A stretch of 64,000 nucleotides of DNA from Diplonema japonicum (GCA_964019335.1 OZ025684.1:248001-312000), one strand, 5' to 3'; counted from the stretch's first letter, positions 31,439 through 43,335 are shown. A program made the numbers and translations. Notes: generated by a model not told the origin, from the letters alone.

Positions 31439-32827
31439 TCAGAACTCAAATGTCTCGGTGTGGAGGTCGAAGGAGACAAATGAAGAGGAGTGCTCCTTGC
31501 ACGCCAGTCGAAGGGGTGTGAACATCGCACCAGGGCCACAGAACAGTACTGCCACCTTCACTTTCCCTTCCGTTTTCTCGACCTTCTCTTTGAACTCCCT
31601 CACCACCTCATTCACGTCTATCCTGCCATTCTTCACCTTGTGTGCAAACCCACCTACTATTGGTTCCAACTCGCCGCCCCCAGTGCGGTACATGGTGAGC
31701 CCATGCTCAGCACTCATGGGGACAGCCGTGGCCACCCCATCACGGACAGACCAGTGAGTCTCAAGAAGCTGCACACTCCTCCCACGCTTCTTTTGATCAG
31801 CAATGGCCGTTGCAATGGACCTCATGGGGGTGATCCCAATCCCGCCAGCCACAAACAGGAAGTGCTTGTACTTGTCAGAGTCGATGTCGATCGAGGTGTT
31901 CCCATACGCCCCGTCCACGAGGACCTTGTGCTGCTGACCGGGCTTCGAATCCTTCGCAAGGGCCAACAGGCGTTCTCCCCAGTCCCCGCCACAGCGGATG
32001 CAGAACCTTGCAACAGTCCCCTCACACGGGGCGGTGGAGAAGGAGATGGGATGCCACTGGAAGCTCCCGATCTCAGGGATGGCAATGAAGGCATACTGTC
32101 CAGGAAGGTACTTCACCCCCTCCATCGACACCTCCACAATGTCCGTGCCTTCGATGTGTCGGATGGCCCCTTTCGCTGGCTGGAACATCGCCATGTACAG
32201 GTTGCGGAAGATCACATCGGCCCCCCAAAGCCCGATACCGATCAGAACTGTTGTTGCAGAGTGGAACATCAGGAACACGATGTAGGCGGTGAAGAAGAAC
32301 CAGTGGGTGTAGTAGAAGGCCTCGAACATCTTACGCCTGATGGTGTAGTGGGATGTCATGCCGAGCATCGCAGCGCACCCCACTGCGCAGAGGCCGCTCC
32401 ACATCTTCCGGTGGTTGTCGGAGTCAGTGGCGTCACGGCTGATGAAGGCGATGGCGCAGTGCAGGTAGGCACAGAGATTTGCGAATATTGCGATCATCTT
32501 ATGGTAGGCAACCCTGCGCTCGAAGGGTATCCCGAAGAGGAAGGTGAGAGGGGAGTTCCTTGCGGCGGTCGCAAAGGTTCCGATGAGTGGGATTTGAGTC
32601 ACAGTCCCACTGATGATTGTGTCTTGCCTGTATGCGCTGATGCCCAGAGCCGCAAGCCCCGCCACACCCAGCAGTACCTCACCTACAGTGAAGGTCTGGA
32701 ACACGACACGCTGCAAGGGGTGTGCCAGCACCCATCTTGCCCTCAAACCCCACCTCAACACCGATGGTGTGTCTTCGTAAGGAGTCCACCCTCCCAGTTC
32801 AGCATAGGATGTTCTTTGAGCAGCCAT
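31439..32827 (-). CDS. Ferric reductase (copy 4)
   Basis: Same motifs. Confidence 0.93.
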   Translation of the reverse strand: MAAQRTSYAELGGWTPYEDTPSVLRWGLRARWVLAHPLQRVVFQTFTVGEVLLGVAGLAALGISAYRQDTIISGTVTQIPLIGTFATAARNSPLTFLFGIPFERRVAYHKMIAIFANLCAYLHCAIAFISRDATDSDNHRKMWSGLCAVGCAAMLGMTSHYTIRRKMFEAFYYTHWFFFTAYIVFLMFHSATTVLIGIGLWGADVIFRNLYMAMFQPAKGAIRHIEGTDIVEVSMEGVKYLPGQYAFIAIPEIGSFQWHPISFSTAPCEGTVARFCIRCGGDWGERLLALAKDSKPGQQHKVLVDGAYGNTSIDIDSDKYKHFLFVAGGIGITPMRSIATAIADQKKRGRSVQLLETHWSVRDGVATAVPMSAEHGLTMYRTGGGELEPIVGGFAHKVKNGRIDVNEVVREFKEKVEKTEGKVKVAVLFCGPGAMFTPLRLACKEHSSSFVSFDLHTETFEF

Positions 32828-33573
32828 CTTACAGTCGAAAAGAATCTATTGGTACTTTAATTCGTGTAAAAGGAAAAAGGTAATAACATAAAAAGTAACA
32901 AAAAGAGAGGGAATAGAAAAAGATATTGATGCTGGCCAAGAAGGGCAGCAAAAAAGCAAGGATGGATAAAAGAAAATGAGGGGGAAAAGGGAAGAAAAAA
33001 AAAATGGGGGGGTTAGTGTTCTGTTGTCAATGCAGTCATTAAATCCCTTGCAAGAGGGAGCCTGCCAACAGTTTTAACCCTCCCATTTTTCATTTTTTTT
33101 TAAAACTACTTTTCTATGGCTAGGCAAAACAACAATGCTCAAGCAGTATCTATTTTTCTTTTGTTCCCCTCAAAGGGGGATGTAAATAGAGAGAATGAAA
33201 ACAGAATAGGGGCAAGGTCATTGCTTATTGCTTGTCCCTTCGCCCTCATTCTGTCTGTCTGGCACGTGACTGTTGCTTTGGGGTAAAGAAAAGACAAACC
33301 ATCTTATATACAAGAAAAAATTTTAAAAAAAACCTTCAAGTAAATCTCGGTTTATGACACCACGCACACATGATGCCTCCGCTCACCCATCCCAAGCCTG
33401 AGGAGTGATTATAAATAAATAATAAAAGAAGGATCGTTGCTCGTTCATCTCTGCCTGCATTTTTCCTGTTTTCCTCGCAAGAATAGAATGGTTTAAAATG
33501 TAAGCGTTTCTATTTTTTTAACAATCTTCATGATCAAAAAAAAGAATAAGAGCATCCTTGTTCTGTTTGCTCC

Positions 33574-34941
33574 TCAGAACTCAAATGTCTCGGTGTGGAG
33601 GTCGAAGGAGACAAATGAAGAGGAGTGCTCCTTGCACGCCAGTCGAAGGGGTGTGAACATCGCACCAGGGCCACAGAACAGTACTGCCACCTTCACTTTC
33701 CCTTCCGTTTTCTCGACCTTCTCTTTGAACTCCCTCACCACCTCATTCACGTCTATCCTGCCATTCTTCACCTTGTGTGCAAACCCACCTACTATTGGTT
33801 CCAACTCGCCGCCCCCAGTGCGGTACATGGTGAGCCCATGCTCAGCACTCATGGGGACAGCCGTGGCCACCCCATCACGGACAGACCAGTGAGTCTCAAG
33901 AAGCTGCACACTCCTCCCACGCTTCTTTTGATCAGCAATGGCCGTTGCAATGGACCTCATGGGGGTGATCCCAATCCCGCCAGCCACAAACAGGAAGTGC
34001 TTGTACTTGTCAGAGTCGATGTCGATCGAGGTGTTCCCATACGCCCCGTCCACGAGGACCTTGTGCTGCTGACCGGGCTTCGAATCCTTCGCAAGGGCCA
34101 ACAGGCGTTCTCCCCAGTCCCCGCCGCTGCGGATGCAGAACCTTGCAACAGTCCCCTCACACGGGGCAGAGGAGAAGGAGATGGGGTGCCACTGGAAGCC
34201 CCCGATCTCAGGGATGGCAATGAAGGCATACTGTCCAGGAAGGTACTTCACCCCCTCCATCGACACCTCCACAATGTCCGTGCCTTCGATGTGTCGGATG
34301 GCCCCTTTCGCTGGCTGGAACATCGCCATGTACAGGTTGCGGAAGATCACATCGGCCCCCCAAAGCCCGATACCGATCAGAACTGTTGTTGCAGAGTGGA
34401 ACATCAGGAACACGATGTAGGCGGTGAAGAAGAACCAGTGGGTGTAGTAGAAGGCCTCGAACATCTTACGCCTGATGGTGTAGTGGGATGTCATGCCGAG
34501 CATCGCAGCGCACCCCACTGCGCAGAGGCCGCTCCACATCTTCCGGTGGTTGTCGGAGTCAGTGGCGTCACGGCTGATGAAGGCGATGGCGCAGTGCAGG
34601 TAGGCACAGAGGTTTGCGAATATTGCGATCATCTTATGGTAGGCAACCCTGCGCTCGAAGGGTATCCCGAAGAGGAAGGTGAGAGGGGAGTTCCTTGCGG
34701 CGGTCGCAAAGGTCATGAGAAGGGGGATTGAGGCCATCCCGCCTGATTTTTTGGTGTCCCATGTCACAGCACTAATCACCAAGAACGCAAAAAGCAGCAC
34801 ACCCAGCACCACTTCTCCAACTGTGAAGGTCTGGAACACGACACGCTGCAAGGGGTGTGCCAGCACCCATCTTGCCCTCAAACCCCACCTCAACACCGAT
34901 GGTGTGTCTTCGTAAGGAGTCCACATCTTCGTCTCGGACAT
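33574..34941 (-). CDS. Ferric reductase (copy 5)
   Basis: Same motifs. The C-terminus is identical to copy 4. Confidence 0.93.
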   Translation of the reverse strand: MSETKMWTPYEDTPSVLRWGLRARWVLAHPLQRVVFQTFTVGEVVLGVLLFAFLVISAVTWDTKKSGGMASIPLLMTFATAARNSPLTFLFGIPFERRVAYHKMIAIFANLCAYLHCAIAFISRDATDSDNHRKMWSGLCAVGCAAMLGMTSHYTIRRKMFEAFYYTHWFFFTAYIVFLMFHSATTVLIGIGLWGADVIFRNLYMAMFQPAKGAIRHIEGTDIVEVSMEGVKYLPGQYAFIAIPEIGGFQWHPISFSSAPCEGTVARFCIRSGGDWGERLLALAKDSKPGQQHKVLVDGAYGNTSIDIDSDKYKHFLFVAGGIGITPMRSIATAIADQKKRGRSVQLLETHWSVRDGVATAVPMSAEHGLTMYRTGGGELEPIVGGFAHKVKNGRIDVNEVVREFKEKVEKTEGKVKVAVLFCGPGAMFTPLRLACKEHSSSFVSFDLHTETFEF

Positions 34942-35706
34942 AGGTTGGTACGAAATTGTAAAAAGAAAAAGGGGCTTAAGGCACCTGTGATGGTTTAAAA
35001 AAAACGGGGGTTTTAAGAGTCTTCATGAATAAGAATGTGTAAAGGGTGAGCACAGGAAATGAAAAAAAATGGAAAATAGGATTTATTTTCTTTAAAAGCA
35101 CCGAAAATATTCTTTTATAGTGCTGGTCTGTATGTGTAGTGGCACGGAGTGTGTTAACACTCAAAAAACCTTTATAATTGAACTAGTCACAAAGACAAGC
35201 AGAGTTGAGAGGAAGTGAAGAAACCATATGCAAAAACAAAAGAAAAATGTGTACAAGAGGTAAGGACAAGCCAATCAAGTTCCGACAGGTTCCCACGGCT
35301 GAGTGTCTCAGGGTCCCTGACTTTGGGGAAGAGCAACAAGGATCATTGTCACTATCATCGTGAAAAGAAGAGAAAAAGAGCGGTTGTTTGTACAAGCCAG
35401 TTGACCTGCAAAGGATAACCAACAAAAAACACCGCTACTCTTTTTCTTTTTTATAGCAAAGACAATAGTTATAAAAGAAGAAAAAGAGTCGGTTGCAAGG
35501 GTTTACCCGTAGAAGGATAAGCCCAACAATGCTACCACTACTCTTTTTCAGCACTAACAATTCATTGTCAATATATTGTTCATGCAAAAAAAAAGTGGGG
35601 GGGGGGAAGGAAAAGAAGATTTTTTCCCTTTATCGAAAGAAACACGAGGTAGGTTACTCAAAATACCAAAGAAAGAATGCTGTAAGTAAATTTTCTCCAG
35701 TCCCCG

Positions 35707-37089
35707 CTAGAATTCAAATGTCTCGCTGTGAATGTCGAACTGAACTAATGGACAGGAATGCTCCTTGCAGGCCTGCCTCAACGGTTCGAGCATGGCGCCA
35801 GGACCGCAGAACAACACAGCCACCAACGCTGTTTTGACCATTCTGCTGTCCATCGCAGAGGGTACCCTTTCTTTGAACCCCTCCACAACCTTATTCACGT
35901 CCATCCTCCCATTCTGTATATTGTCAGTGGCTATGGGCGCCACCTTATTACCCATCTCAATGTTCTTCCCAGTGTAGTACATAGTGAGCCCGTGCTCGGG
36001 TGACATGGGAACCGCAGTGACAACTCCATCACGGACAGACCAGTGCATTTCTAGAAGCTGAACGCCTCTCCCACGTTTCTTGTGATCGGCAATGGAGGTC
36101 GCCATGGACCTTAAAGGGGTGATCCCGATCCCACCTGCCACAAACAGAAAATTTTGGTACTTATTGGAATCGATGTCGATGGAGGAGTTTCCGTAAGGCC
36201 CGTCGACCAGAATGGTGTGCAGATCTGTATTTTGTTGCGCCAGATCGATGAGGGCGCTGCCCCAGTCGCCCGCGCAGCGAATGAGAAACCTGGCGACGTT
36301 GCCTTCACACGGCGCGCTTGAGAACGATATGGGGTGCCACTGGAAGATCCCCACCGCAGGAACAGCAATGAACGCGTACTGCCCAGCAGAATATTTAACG
36401 CCCTCAATGGAGATTTCCACTATATCCGTACCGGTGATGTGCTTGATGGACCCCTTCCTCGGCTGGAACATTGCCATGTATACCGTCCTGCCGACCACGT
36501 CCACGCCCCATAGGAACACACCGAATACCACACCCGCTGCGCTGTGAAGCAAGAGGAACAAAACATAGCTTAAAAAGAGCGGCCAATGCGCGAAGTAAAA
36601 GAGATCGAAGGCCTTGCGCCTGATGGGCGGAAGGGAAGTGAGATACAGCATCAACCCACACCCCAACGCAGCGAGCCCTGTCCAAAGGTAAGAATACTTA
36701 CCGGACTCTGTAGCTTCGCCTGATACAAATGCTATCAACCCGTGCATTCCAGCGCCCAAGTATGACAGTACAGCAGCCATTTTGTGATAGGCGACCCTGC
36801 GCTCGAAGGGTATCCCGAGGAGGAAGGTGATTGGAGAGTGACGTGCCGCTGTTGCGAACGTCGCGATGAGAGGCAGTTGTGCGAGGCTCCCGCTGCCCTC
36901 CGTGCTCCATTGTGCGCCTGCTACTATGACCACTGCGATTAGGAAGGCCGCCATGATGGCCTCCCCCACGGTCCATCCGAACCCGATCGTCTTTTGTAAA
37001 GGGTACGCCACAACCCACCTCACCTTCATCGCCGTTCTCAGTGAGGGATTCACCTCTTCGTACGGGACCCACTGCTTCTGTTCGGACAT
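35707..37089 (-). CDS. Ferric reductase (copy 6, most diverged)
   Basis: Same motifs (HPISFS, VDGPYG, GGIGITP, FCGP), diverged throughout. Confidence 0.93.
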   Translation of the reverse strand: MSEQKQWVPYEEVNPSLRTAMKVRWVVAYPLQKTIGFGWTVGEAIMAAFLIAVVIVAGAQWSTEGSGSLAQLPLIATFATAARHSPITFLLGIPFERRVAYHKMAAVLSYLGAGMHGLIAFVSGEATESGKYSYLWTGLAALGCGLMLYLTSLPPIRRKAFDLFYFAHWPLFLSYVLFLLLHSAAGVVFGVFLWGVDVVGRTVYMAMFQPRKGSIKHITGTDIVEISIEGVKYSAGQYAFIAVPAVGIFQWHPISFSSAPCEGNVARFLIRCAGDWGSALIDLAQQNTDLHTILVDGPYGNSSIDIDSNKYQNFLFVAGGIGITPLRSMATSIADHKKRGRGVQLLEMHWSVRDGVVTAVPMSPEHGLTMYYTGKNIEMGNKVAPIATDNIQNGRMDVNKVVEGFKERVPSAMDSRMVKTALVAVLFCGPGAMLEPLRQACKEHSCPLVQFDIHSETFEF

Positions 37090-37366
37090 CTTTTTTATTT
37101 TATTTTTTTTATTTTGTTAAAAACCTGTTTTTTTTCTTTCTTTTTTTTTTTTCTCCTTTTTTCTTTTTCTTTTGTTCGGTCAGTGATTTTCTTCGTGTTA
37201 TGAAAAAGAAAAAAAGAAACTCAAAAAGGAGTCGGTTTTTTTTTTTTTTTTTTTAAAGCATTTTTTGTATAAAATAAAAAAGTACACTTTTCTTTTTTTA
37301 AAAAGCAAAAAAAAAAAAAAAAAAAAAAATGCACCTTAGAAAAGATGACAAATCCAACGGTGGTGG

Positions 37367-39406
37367 TTAAAAACTGTTCAAAGCGGTGTACATCCCACCG
37401 TAAGTGTGCTTCTCACAAGCAGGGACAAGAGGGGAATACTCGAATATTATGCACCCAGCGTCCCATTCGTCGACGGGGGTAAAGGACGCCGTCGGCTGGT
37501 TGTCGGAAAATATACACAAACAAAGAACCTTAAGCTCAGTAGCGGAGAAGCAGAGAAGATGACAAAGCCTCGACGAAGTACCTGGAATGGTGATAAAACG
37601 ACGTTTTGAATCACCAACATGCCCGTACAATGCAGGGCCTACATACAAACCAGAGTAAGCTGCATCAGCCGAACCGGAGATCAAGGCTAAATACTCTGTA
37701 GCGGCGGCTTCGTGTTGCGAACAATTCTTTGTGGTGTTCCACGCGAGCATCAAAACATCTCCCTGAAGGGACACAACGGCACCGCCGGTCTTCTCACAGG
37801 CATCTACCACCGTCCCCAACGTCTTCCCCAGAGGTATTTCAGAATGACACATATTCGTCTTCATAACGCTTGCCTTGGCAACTTGAATGAACCCGTTGTC
37901 CTGCATTAAAGTGGACGAAATGTTGTCGTGCTTAACATCTTGTTGCTCGTTCGAGCTTGCAGCCTCGACGGCATGTCGGCGTCCTATCAAAGTCTCCGGT
38001 AGAAGAATCACAGGATAGACGATTCCTATCCCCTTAAGGTTTTTCGGCCCAACGTGAAGTACTACTAACCCGTTTACGTTGTCAAGTACGTCCATCACCT
38101 CTGTCGATACGGCCACTGCACCGCCGACACTGATGCTTTCTAAGCGAGCTGCTTTGTTCACAGTGTTGCCGAAGTAGTCGTACCTTCTTGTGAGGGGGTT
38201 TCGTTGCGCGCTGACTTCGCCGTAATGTACCCCAACACGTACCCGAAGCCCGCCCCATGGACCGTCGTCGTTTCTGCAGCAGAGGCTGTTCTCCATGATA
38301 GCGTGCGGCCATTCCGCATTAACAAGCCCTTCCTGCACAGCGAACCCGAACATCACAGCGTCGTGCGCAGATGAGAAGGCCACCATGAAGGCATCCCCAA
38401 TGGTCTTCACCTCGTACCCAAAGTGCGATGCGATACAACGCCGTACAACATTGTCGTGAGCAGCAAGCGCATCACGCATTGCAATGGGACTCTCTTCCCA
38501 CAACGCACTCGACGATTGGATATCAGTGAACACCATTGCAATCGGTTGGCCGTCCAGACCGGGTGCCTCAATAGTATCAGGGACAGCGGAGAAAAGCGCC
38601 TCGGGCAGGAACGGTCGATATATATGCAGATTGGTTAAAATAGTAGTGAAGGCAGCGTGCATGTCATGCGGAAGGGTGTCGTTTGCAAGGCATGACTCGG
38701 CGGCGATGAGATCGAAACGAGAGAGGTGATGGGCGACGGTGTTCGCAGTCTTGACACAGGCTTCCGTCTTACGCTGCTCCTGCATGACAAGCTCCGTGAA
38801 ACTGTGCGTCAGCATGTAGTCGAAGAAGATTAGGCTAACACGGCCCAAGGCTTTAACAGCATGGAAACTAAAGCTCCTTTCACACGGCGGTCTATCGCAC
38901 ATCCATGCCGCAGATCGTTTGGCGTAATCGGGGGTGCCTGGCATGTCATACATCCCGAATCTGATCAACCCCTCTACACCTGAGACAATGATCCACAAGA
39001 TGAACACGGCCACATACAGCCGAGGTCTTGTATGCGTGTACACCAGCACATCTGTAATCAGCACAAAAAAAGCCCAATTCCCGTCGGCTATCTCAGAAGT
39101 TGCCCAAAGGTCAAGGATCGCCACGCACACCACAGCTCCTATTAAAATACTGTGAAAAAGGACATCTGACAAACTTCGCATTGCCAGCATCCATATCAGT
39201 AGGCACCAGGCTGCAACCCATGAAACGCGTATTACCATTGTGAACAAATTGATTTCATCAGGTTGCTGTCCTGGGAGATTAATAAAGCCAACGACGAGAA
39301 CGAAAAGCATCCCCACAAGTATCATTTTCTTCCTCCTTTTTATCGCGAGGGAGTCGTTCTGTTGTAGTACCCTGTTGTATATCGCTCTCAACAGCTTGAG
39401 CATCAT
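37367..39406 (-). CDS. Multi-TM adenylate cyclase: intact class III domain followed by a degenerate second domain
   Basis: About 6 TM segments, linker HIYRPFLPEALF. Catalytic motifs VFTDIQSS, YEVKTIGDAFMV, VRVGVHYG and DYFGNTVNKAARLE retain both Asp residues, the adenine-specifying Lys/Asp, and Asn/Arg. The second domain GGAVVSLQGDVLMLAWN...GPALYGHVG is degenerate. Confidence 0.92.
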   Translation of the reverse strand: MMLKLLRAIYNRVLQQNDSLAIKRRKKMILVGMLFVLVVGFINLPGQQPDEINLFTMVIRVSWVAAWCLLIWMLAMRSLSDVLFHSILIGAVVCVAILDLWATSEIADGNWAFFVLITDVLVYTHTRPRLYVAVFILWIIVSGVEGLIRFGMYDMPGTPDYAKRSAAWMCDRPPCERSFSFHAVKALGRVSLIFFDYMLTHSFTELVMQEQRKTEACVKTANTVAHHLSRFDLIAAESCLANDTLPHDMHAAFTTILTNLHIYRPFLPEALFSAVPDTIEAPGLDGQPIAMVFTDIQSSSALWEESPIAMRDALAAHDNVVRRCIASHFGYEVKTIGDAFMVAFSSAHDAVMFGFAVQEGLVNAEWPHAIMENSLCCRNDDGPWGGLRVRVGVHYGEVSAQRNPLTRRYDYFGNTVNKAARLESISVGGAVAVSTEVMDVLDNVNGLVVLHVGPKNLKGIGIVYPVILLPETLIGRRHAVEAASSNEQQDVKHDNISSTLMQDNGFIQVAKASVMKTNMCHSEIPLGKTLGTVVDACEKTGGAVVSLQGDVLMLAWNTTKNCSQHEAAATEYLALISGSADAAYSGLYVGPALYGHVGDSKRRFITIPGTSSRLCHLLCFSATELKVLCLCIFSDNQPTASFTPVDEWDAGCIIFEYSPLVPACEKHTYGGMYTALNSF

Positions 39407-40504
39407 TATTTATTCTTCCCCTCTTTTCTCTCTCCCCCTTTTTTTTCCCCCAGAACTGTTAGAAAAATGTAGAAGGGGGTGGCAGGAAATCTGAAAGAAA
39501 GAAACAGAAAAAAGAAAATAAGATACTACCATTTTACAAAGAAAGAACGGGGGGAGGGGCTAAAGCTTGGAAAACGCGTTTCCTTGCCAGCATAGCCCTG
39601 GGGGGGGGGGGGGGGAGGGGGGGGGGGGGTAAATACTTTTCACCATGATGGGAGAGAAGTTGTTACGTAACGCAATTCTGCTAAGCCGGAATTAGAAATT
39701 TAACTTAATAAAACTCAATTAAGCCAATATGACCTTTTTTTTTTAGTTCCTTCTTTTTTCTTTTTGCCTTCTTTTTTAGGAGAAGGGGAAAAAAAAGGGG
39801 GGGGGGTGACTCAAACATAAAATATTGAAAGGGAAGAACCCGTAAGTGTAGGTGAAAATCACCTCAATTTTCTTATTCTTTTTTTCTTTTTTTAAAAAAA
39901 GATCTCTTTTTTCTTTTTCGTGTCCCCTATTCTGCTGCGCCCGTTGCGAATTGAGAGCTAGGGGAGAGCAGACGAAGGACTTCAAAAAAAAAAAAAGAGT
40001 GTCAATTTGGCTGTTGTGCGGAAACCAGCAATCATTTTGAACGAAAAAAAGAAAGGAGAGAAAAAAAAAAGGTAGAAAATTGATTGTTCGTTTCATTCAT
40101 TTCAAAAAGAAAAGAAAAAAAGAAAAGAAAAACCTACAAAGTGAAAGAAAATCAGGAGGACAGCCTCAAAAATAATTCTTTATGACTATATGTCTTTGTT
40201 CGCACGAGCAACAGCTGCGAAAGTTTCTTTTTTTTTTTTTGTTTTTTTTATTATTGCTCGGTACGAAGTTGTCATATAGTTAAAGATATTAAGGGTAAAT
40301 ATTTTTTAACAAAAAAGAAAAAGGAGTGAAAGGGGGGACAAAGAAAAAAAAAAAAAAAAACTGACGCTTTGTTTGTTTGTTTGCAAAGTGGGTTAGTTCA
40401 ACAAAAAAAAAAAAAAAAAACCCTCCTTTTGTATAAATTCAACTAGCAAAAAAAAAATCTGTATAGAAAAATCCTCTCCATATCGTTCTTTCAATTCTAC
40501 ACAC

Positions 40505-42073
40505 TCACACAGCTTGTTCCGAAGGAAACGCCTGGTTCAGTGGATTGGAAGGCGTCCCCGGCTGTTGCTCGGCGAACACAGGAGAGCTTGCTTCAGGCGA
40601 CAATGACGGCTGGTAAGGCTGCTTAGGAAAACTGTAGCTAGAAGGCTGACGCGGCTGCGACATCGCAGGATGAACCGGCTCCAACTGCTTCTCTTCCGGT
40701 TCTTGCTCAACCCCCTTCGGCACACCTCCCTTCTTACTCGTAGTAAGGAAGAAATACACACCCACAGCAACCAGAATAATAATCAACATGACAAGAAACA
40801 CCCAAAATGCCACCACAAATCCTGTCTTGTCATCATCACTATCACCGCCAACCGGTTGCACGGTACCACCTGACTCCGACACCTTCTCAGCAGCAACCCA
40901 TACTGGCTGCACCGAAGGAATCTTTTTTTCCAATGCAACAAAGTCTGCAGGTGCAGTGGGCTGGAAGTAAAGGGTTGTACTGTCGTTTGCCACATGCGAT
41001 GTAAAGGATAGAAGATGAAGGCCGCCTGTTGCAAGCTTCAAGGTACCTTCCAGATCGCGGAGGAGCGCTGTCGCTGATTGATTAACAGCGACTGTTCCAT
41101 ACGTGGCGCCGTACTGGTTTGGGAACTCACACTGTTGGTTGTTTCCGTTCCACAGGCAAGGGTTTGAGCAATACGTTGTTGTTTGGCTTAAGTAGCAGAA
41201 CGGGTCTGTTATACACTTGACGCCGTTGCTGTACACGCAGCCGGGTGTGCTCCAGCAGACTGATTCGTTTTGAATACGGGAACACGATGGTTGCTCGCCA
41301 CACGTTGCCCAGCCCTCGTTCCACACGCAGTTGTTGGCCACGCACTTCACACTGTTATCGTGTTGATCACATGTTTGGACATCAGGAGTGTCGTCAGGAG
41401 GCGACACGACAGCCATTTCAACACACGCACCGTCGGGCGACACAGTGTCATTGACACTGAGGTCCCACCCGCATCCTGTAGCTGCCGCGCACCCTAATGG
41501 GTCTGTTTGGAAATGATTGCATGGTTCAATACATTTATCAGGGTTGGTGTACCATGCGCAGTTTTTATTGTAGCAGTTTACCCGATTTGGTTCTGCTGTG
41601 CAACGTGATGCGGTGCACGTGCCTGATTTGAATGTGCAGGTGCGGTGGATGACGCAGCTTGTTAGAGATGATTGGGATGAACAGTATGTGTCCCAAGGTG
41701 TGCAGCACATTGCGTCTGAGCAGATGCCTGTTGTGCACATTACGTCTTGCTTAGTTAGACCTGAGGTGCATTTATATTGCCGGCAGGATGCTTGGCATCG
41801 TCCTGTGGTTGTGTCTGTAAAGGAGCCCCCGTTGCTGCATGATAGTTGAACTGATAGATCTCCGACGGCGGTGTGCCCTGCGGAGCATGTTGCGGTGCAG
41901 CTGTCGCCTGTTGACTTGCCGATGCAGTCGGAGAAATCCTTCCCTACCCCTGGTGCCTCCGGGGAACTACATTCGTTCGGTCCACAGCATGACAGCTTAT
42001 TAGTGCTGTACCCCTGGACACACTCCGTTGTGCACTGTGACAGTGCGGAGATGATCGCGACATGAACCAGCAT
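40505..42073 (-). CDS. Cysteine-rich type I membrane/surface protein
   Basis: Short signal-like N-terminus, many C-x(n)-C-x-W repeats, one TM segment (GFVVAFWVFLVMLIIILVAVGVYFFL) and a Pro/Ser/Gln-rich cytoplasmic tail. Confidence 0.85.
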   Translation of the reverse strand: MLVHVAIISALSQCTTECVQGYSTNKLSCCGPNECSSPEAPGVGKDFSDCIGKSTGDSCTATCSAGHTAVGDLSVQLSCSNGGSFTDTTTGRCQASCRQYKCTSGLTKQDVMCTTGICSDAMCCTPWDTYCSSQSSLTSCVIHRTCTFKSGTCTASRCTAEPNRVNCYNKNCAWYTNPDKCIEPCNHFQTDPLGCAAATGCGWDLSVNDTVSPDGACVEMAVVSPPDDTPDVQTCDQHDNSVKCVANNCVWNEGWATCGEQPSCSRIQNESVCWSTPGCVYSNGVKCITDPFCYLSQTTTYCSNPCLWNGNNQQCEFPNQYGATYGTVAVNQSATALLRDLEGTLKLATGGLHLLSFTSHVANDSTTLYFQPTAPADFVALEKKIPSVQPVWVAAEKVSESGGTVQPVGGDSDDDKTGFVVAFWVFLVMLIIILVAVGVYFFLTTSKKGGVPKGVEQEPEEKQLEPVHPAMSQPRQPSSYSFPKQPYQPSLSPEASSPVFAEQQPGTPSNPLNQAFPSEQAV

Positions 42074-43149
42074 CCTTTATTTATTTTTATTTTTTTTGTA
42101 AGTTTGGACATCAGTGTGGAACAAAAAAAAAAAGAAAAAAAAAACAAAAAGGGATGCCTTCAGGCACTCCAATTGAAAGATGGAGGTCGTTTTCATCTAG
42201 ACGCTCGGGGGGGGGAGGTGCTTTTTCTTTTCTTTTTTTTTTCTTCTTCTTTTGCCTATCGTACAAAATAATACATTGGATCTCAATGCGACTCCTTGAG
42301 GAGTCCACCTTGAAGACCCCTTCTTTTTTTTTCTCCGTTCGGTAAATATAGCATAATTGGTTCGGTGATGGGGCTTAAAGGTTAGGCTCTTTGTCCGAGT
42401 GCAACAGGCCACATAACCTTTTTCTAACCTAATAAAAAGGGATATCGTCTTAGCGCAAACGTTGACTCAATGTTCTATTTTCTTTTTTTGATAACTAATA
42501 ACAAAAGTGGTTTCTGTTTCGTCATAAAATTTTGCATGAAACAAGAAAGGAAAAATACAAATAAAAAAAAATCATTTCACTCTAAAGAAAAATAAGAATA
42601 TCAAAAAAAGATTTCTAAAACTTGGGTATTTCTTCTTTCTTTTCTCTTCTCTGTTGAAACAGTGCTCTTTTTTTTTGGGGGGGGGAAAGAAACCACAAAA
42701 GAATAGGTGTCATTCTTTGTTTCTTGTGGATAGAAGAAAATAATTTTAAAAAGGAATGTCAAAAAGATAATCATATATATATATTTATATAAAGAAGATA
42801 ATGAGAAATAGAAAAAAAAAGGGAGAGCGTAGGTAACTTCTTGCTGCAAAAAATGATGACAAAGTTTTCCAGTTGTCATATTTCTTGCTCAAGAAAATCG
42901 CACACATAATTAATTCAAATAAAAGTGGACATATTTTAAATCTTGTGTTTTTCTTCACAGTCGCTGCGACCCTCCACATAAAATAATAAAGCATGTCTTG
43001 AAGAAATTCAAAAGAATATAAAAAAAAAAAAAAAAAAAAGAAACTCAAGTAAAAGACAATCACATCTGAGGTGAGTTTCTATCTAAAATAAGGAAGAAGA
43101 AAATAATTTTTGATAAATCTTCCACACTAATCTGTCATCTGCGAAAAAC

Positions 43150-43335
43150 ATTGACGGAGCTTCTTCAGCTGGTGTCAGAAGGCGTAGCAAGGTCGTGCCG
43201 TATAGGCAAGACGGCAGACGTGCCCGTCAGCATCGACGCTTTGTTCTCGAAGCTTAGTGGCAATGAACCAAGCCGGGATAAATGGCCTTCGGTTGGATGT
43301 AGCTCGCCTGAAATATGCTTCCTGTTCGAAGCTTG
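43150..43335 (-). mobile_element. Internal fragment of the non-LTR retrotransposon
   Basis: EGHLSRLGSLPLSFENKASMLTGT matches EGRLSRLGALPLSFGNKASMLTGT of ORF 57782-58330. Confidence 0.85.

Noticed and set aside
29580-34731. Long plus-strand ORFs (368-456 aa) opposite the ferric reductases, and similar ones at 25381, 18431 and 57013
   Set aside because: They are antisense shadows of GC3-rich coding sequence, with no motifs of their own.
25330-37089. Calling the array NADPH oxidases (NOX)
   Set aside because: There are no EF-hands or ENF-type terminus, and the ETFE[WF] ends look FRE/FRO-like. NOX activity cannot be excluded, but the sequence does not support it.
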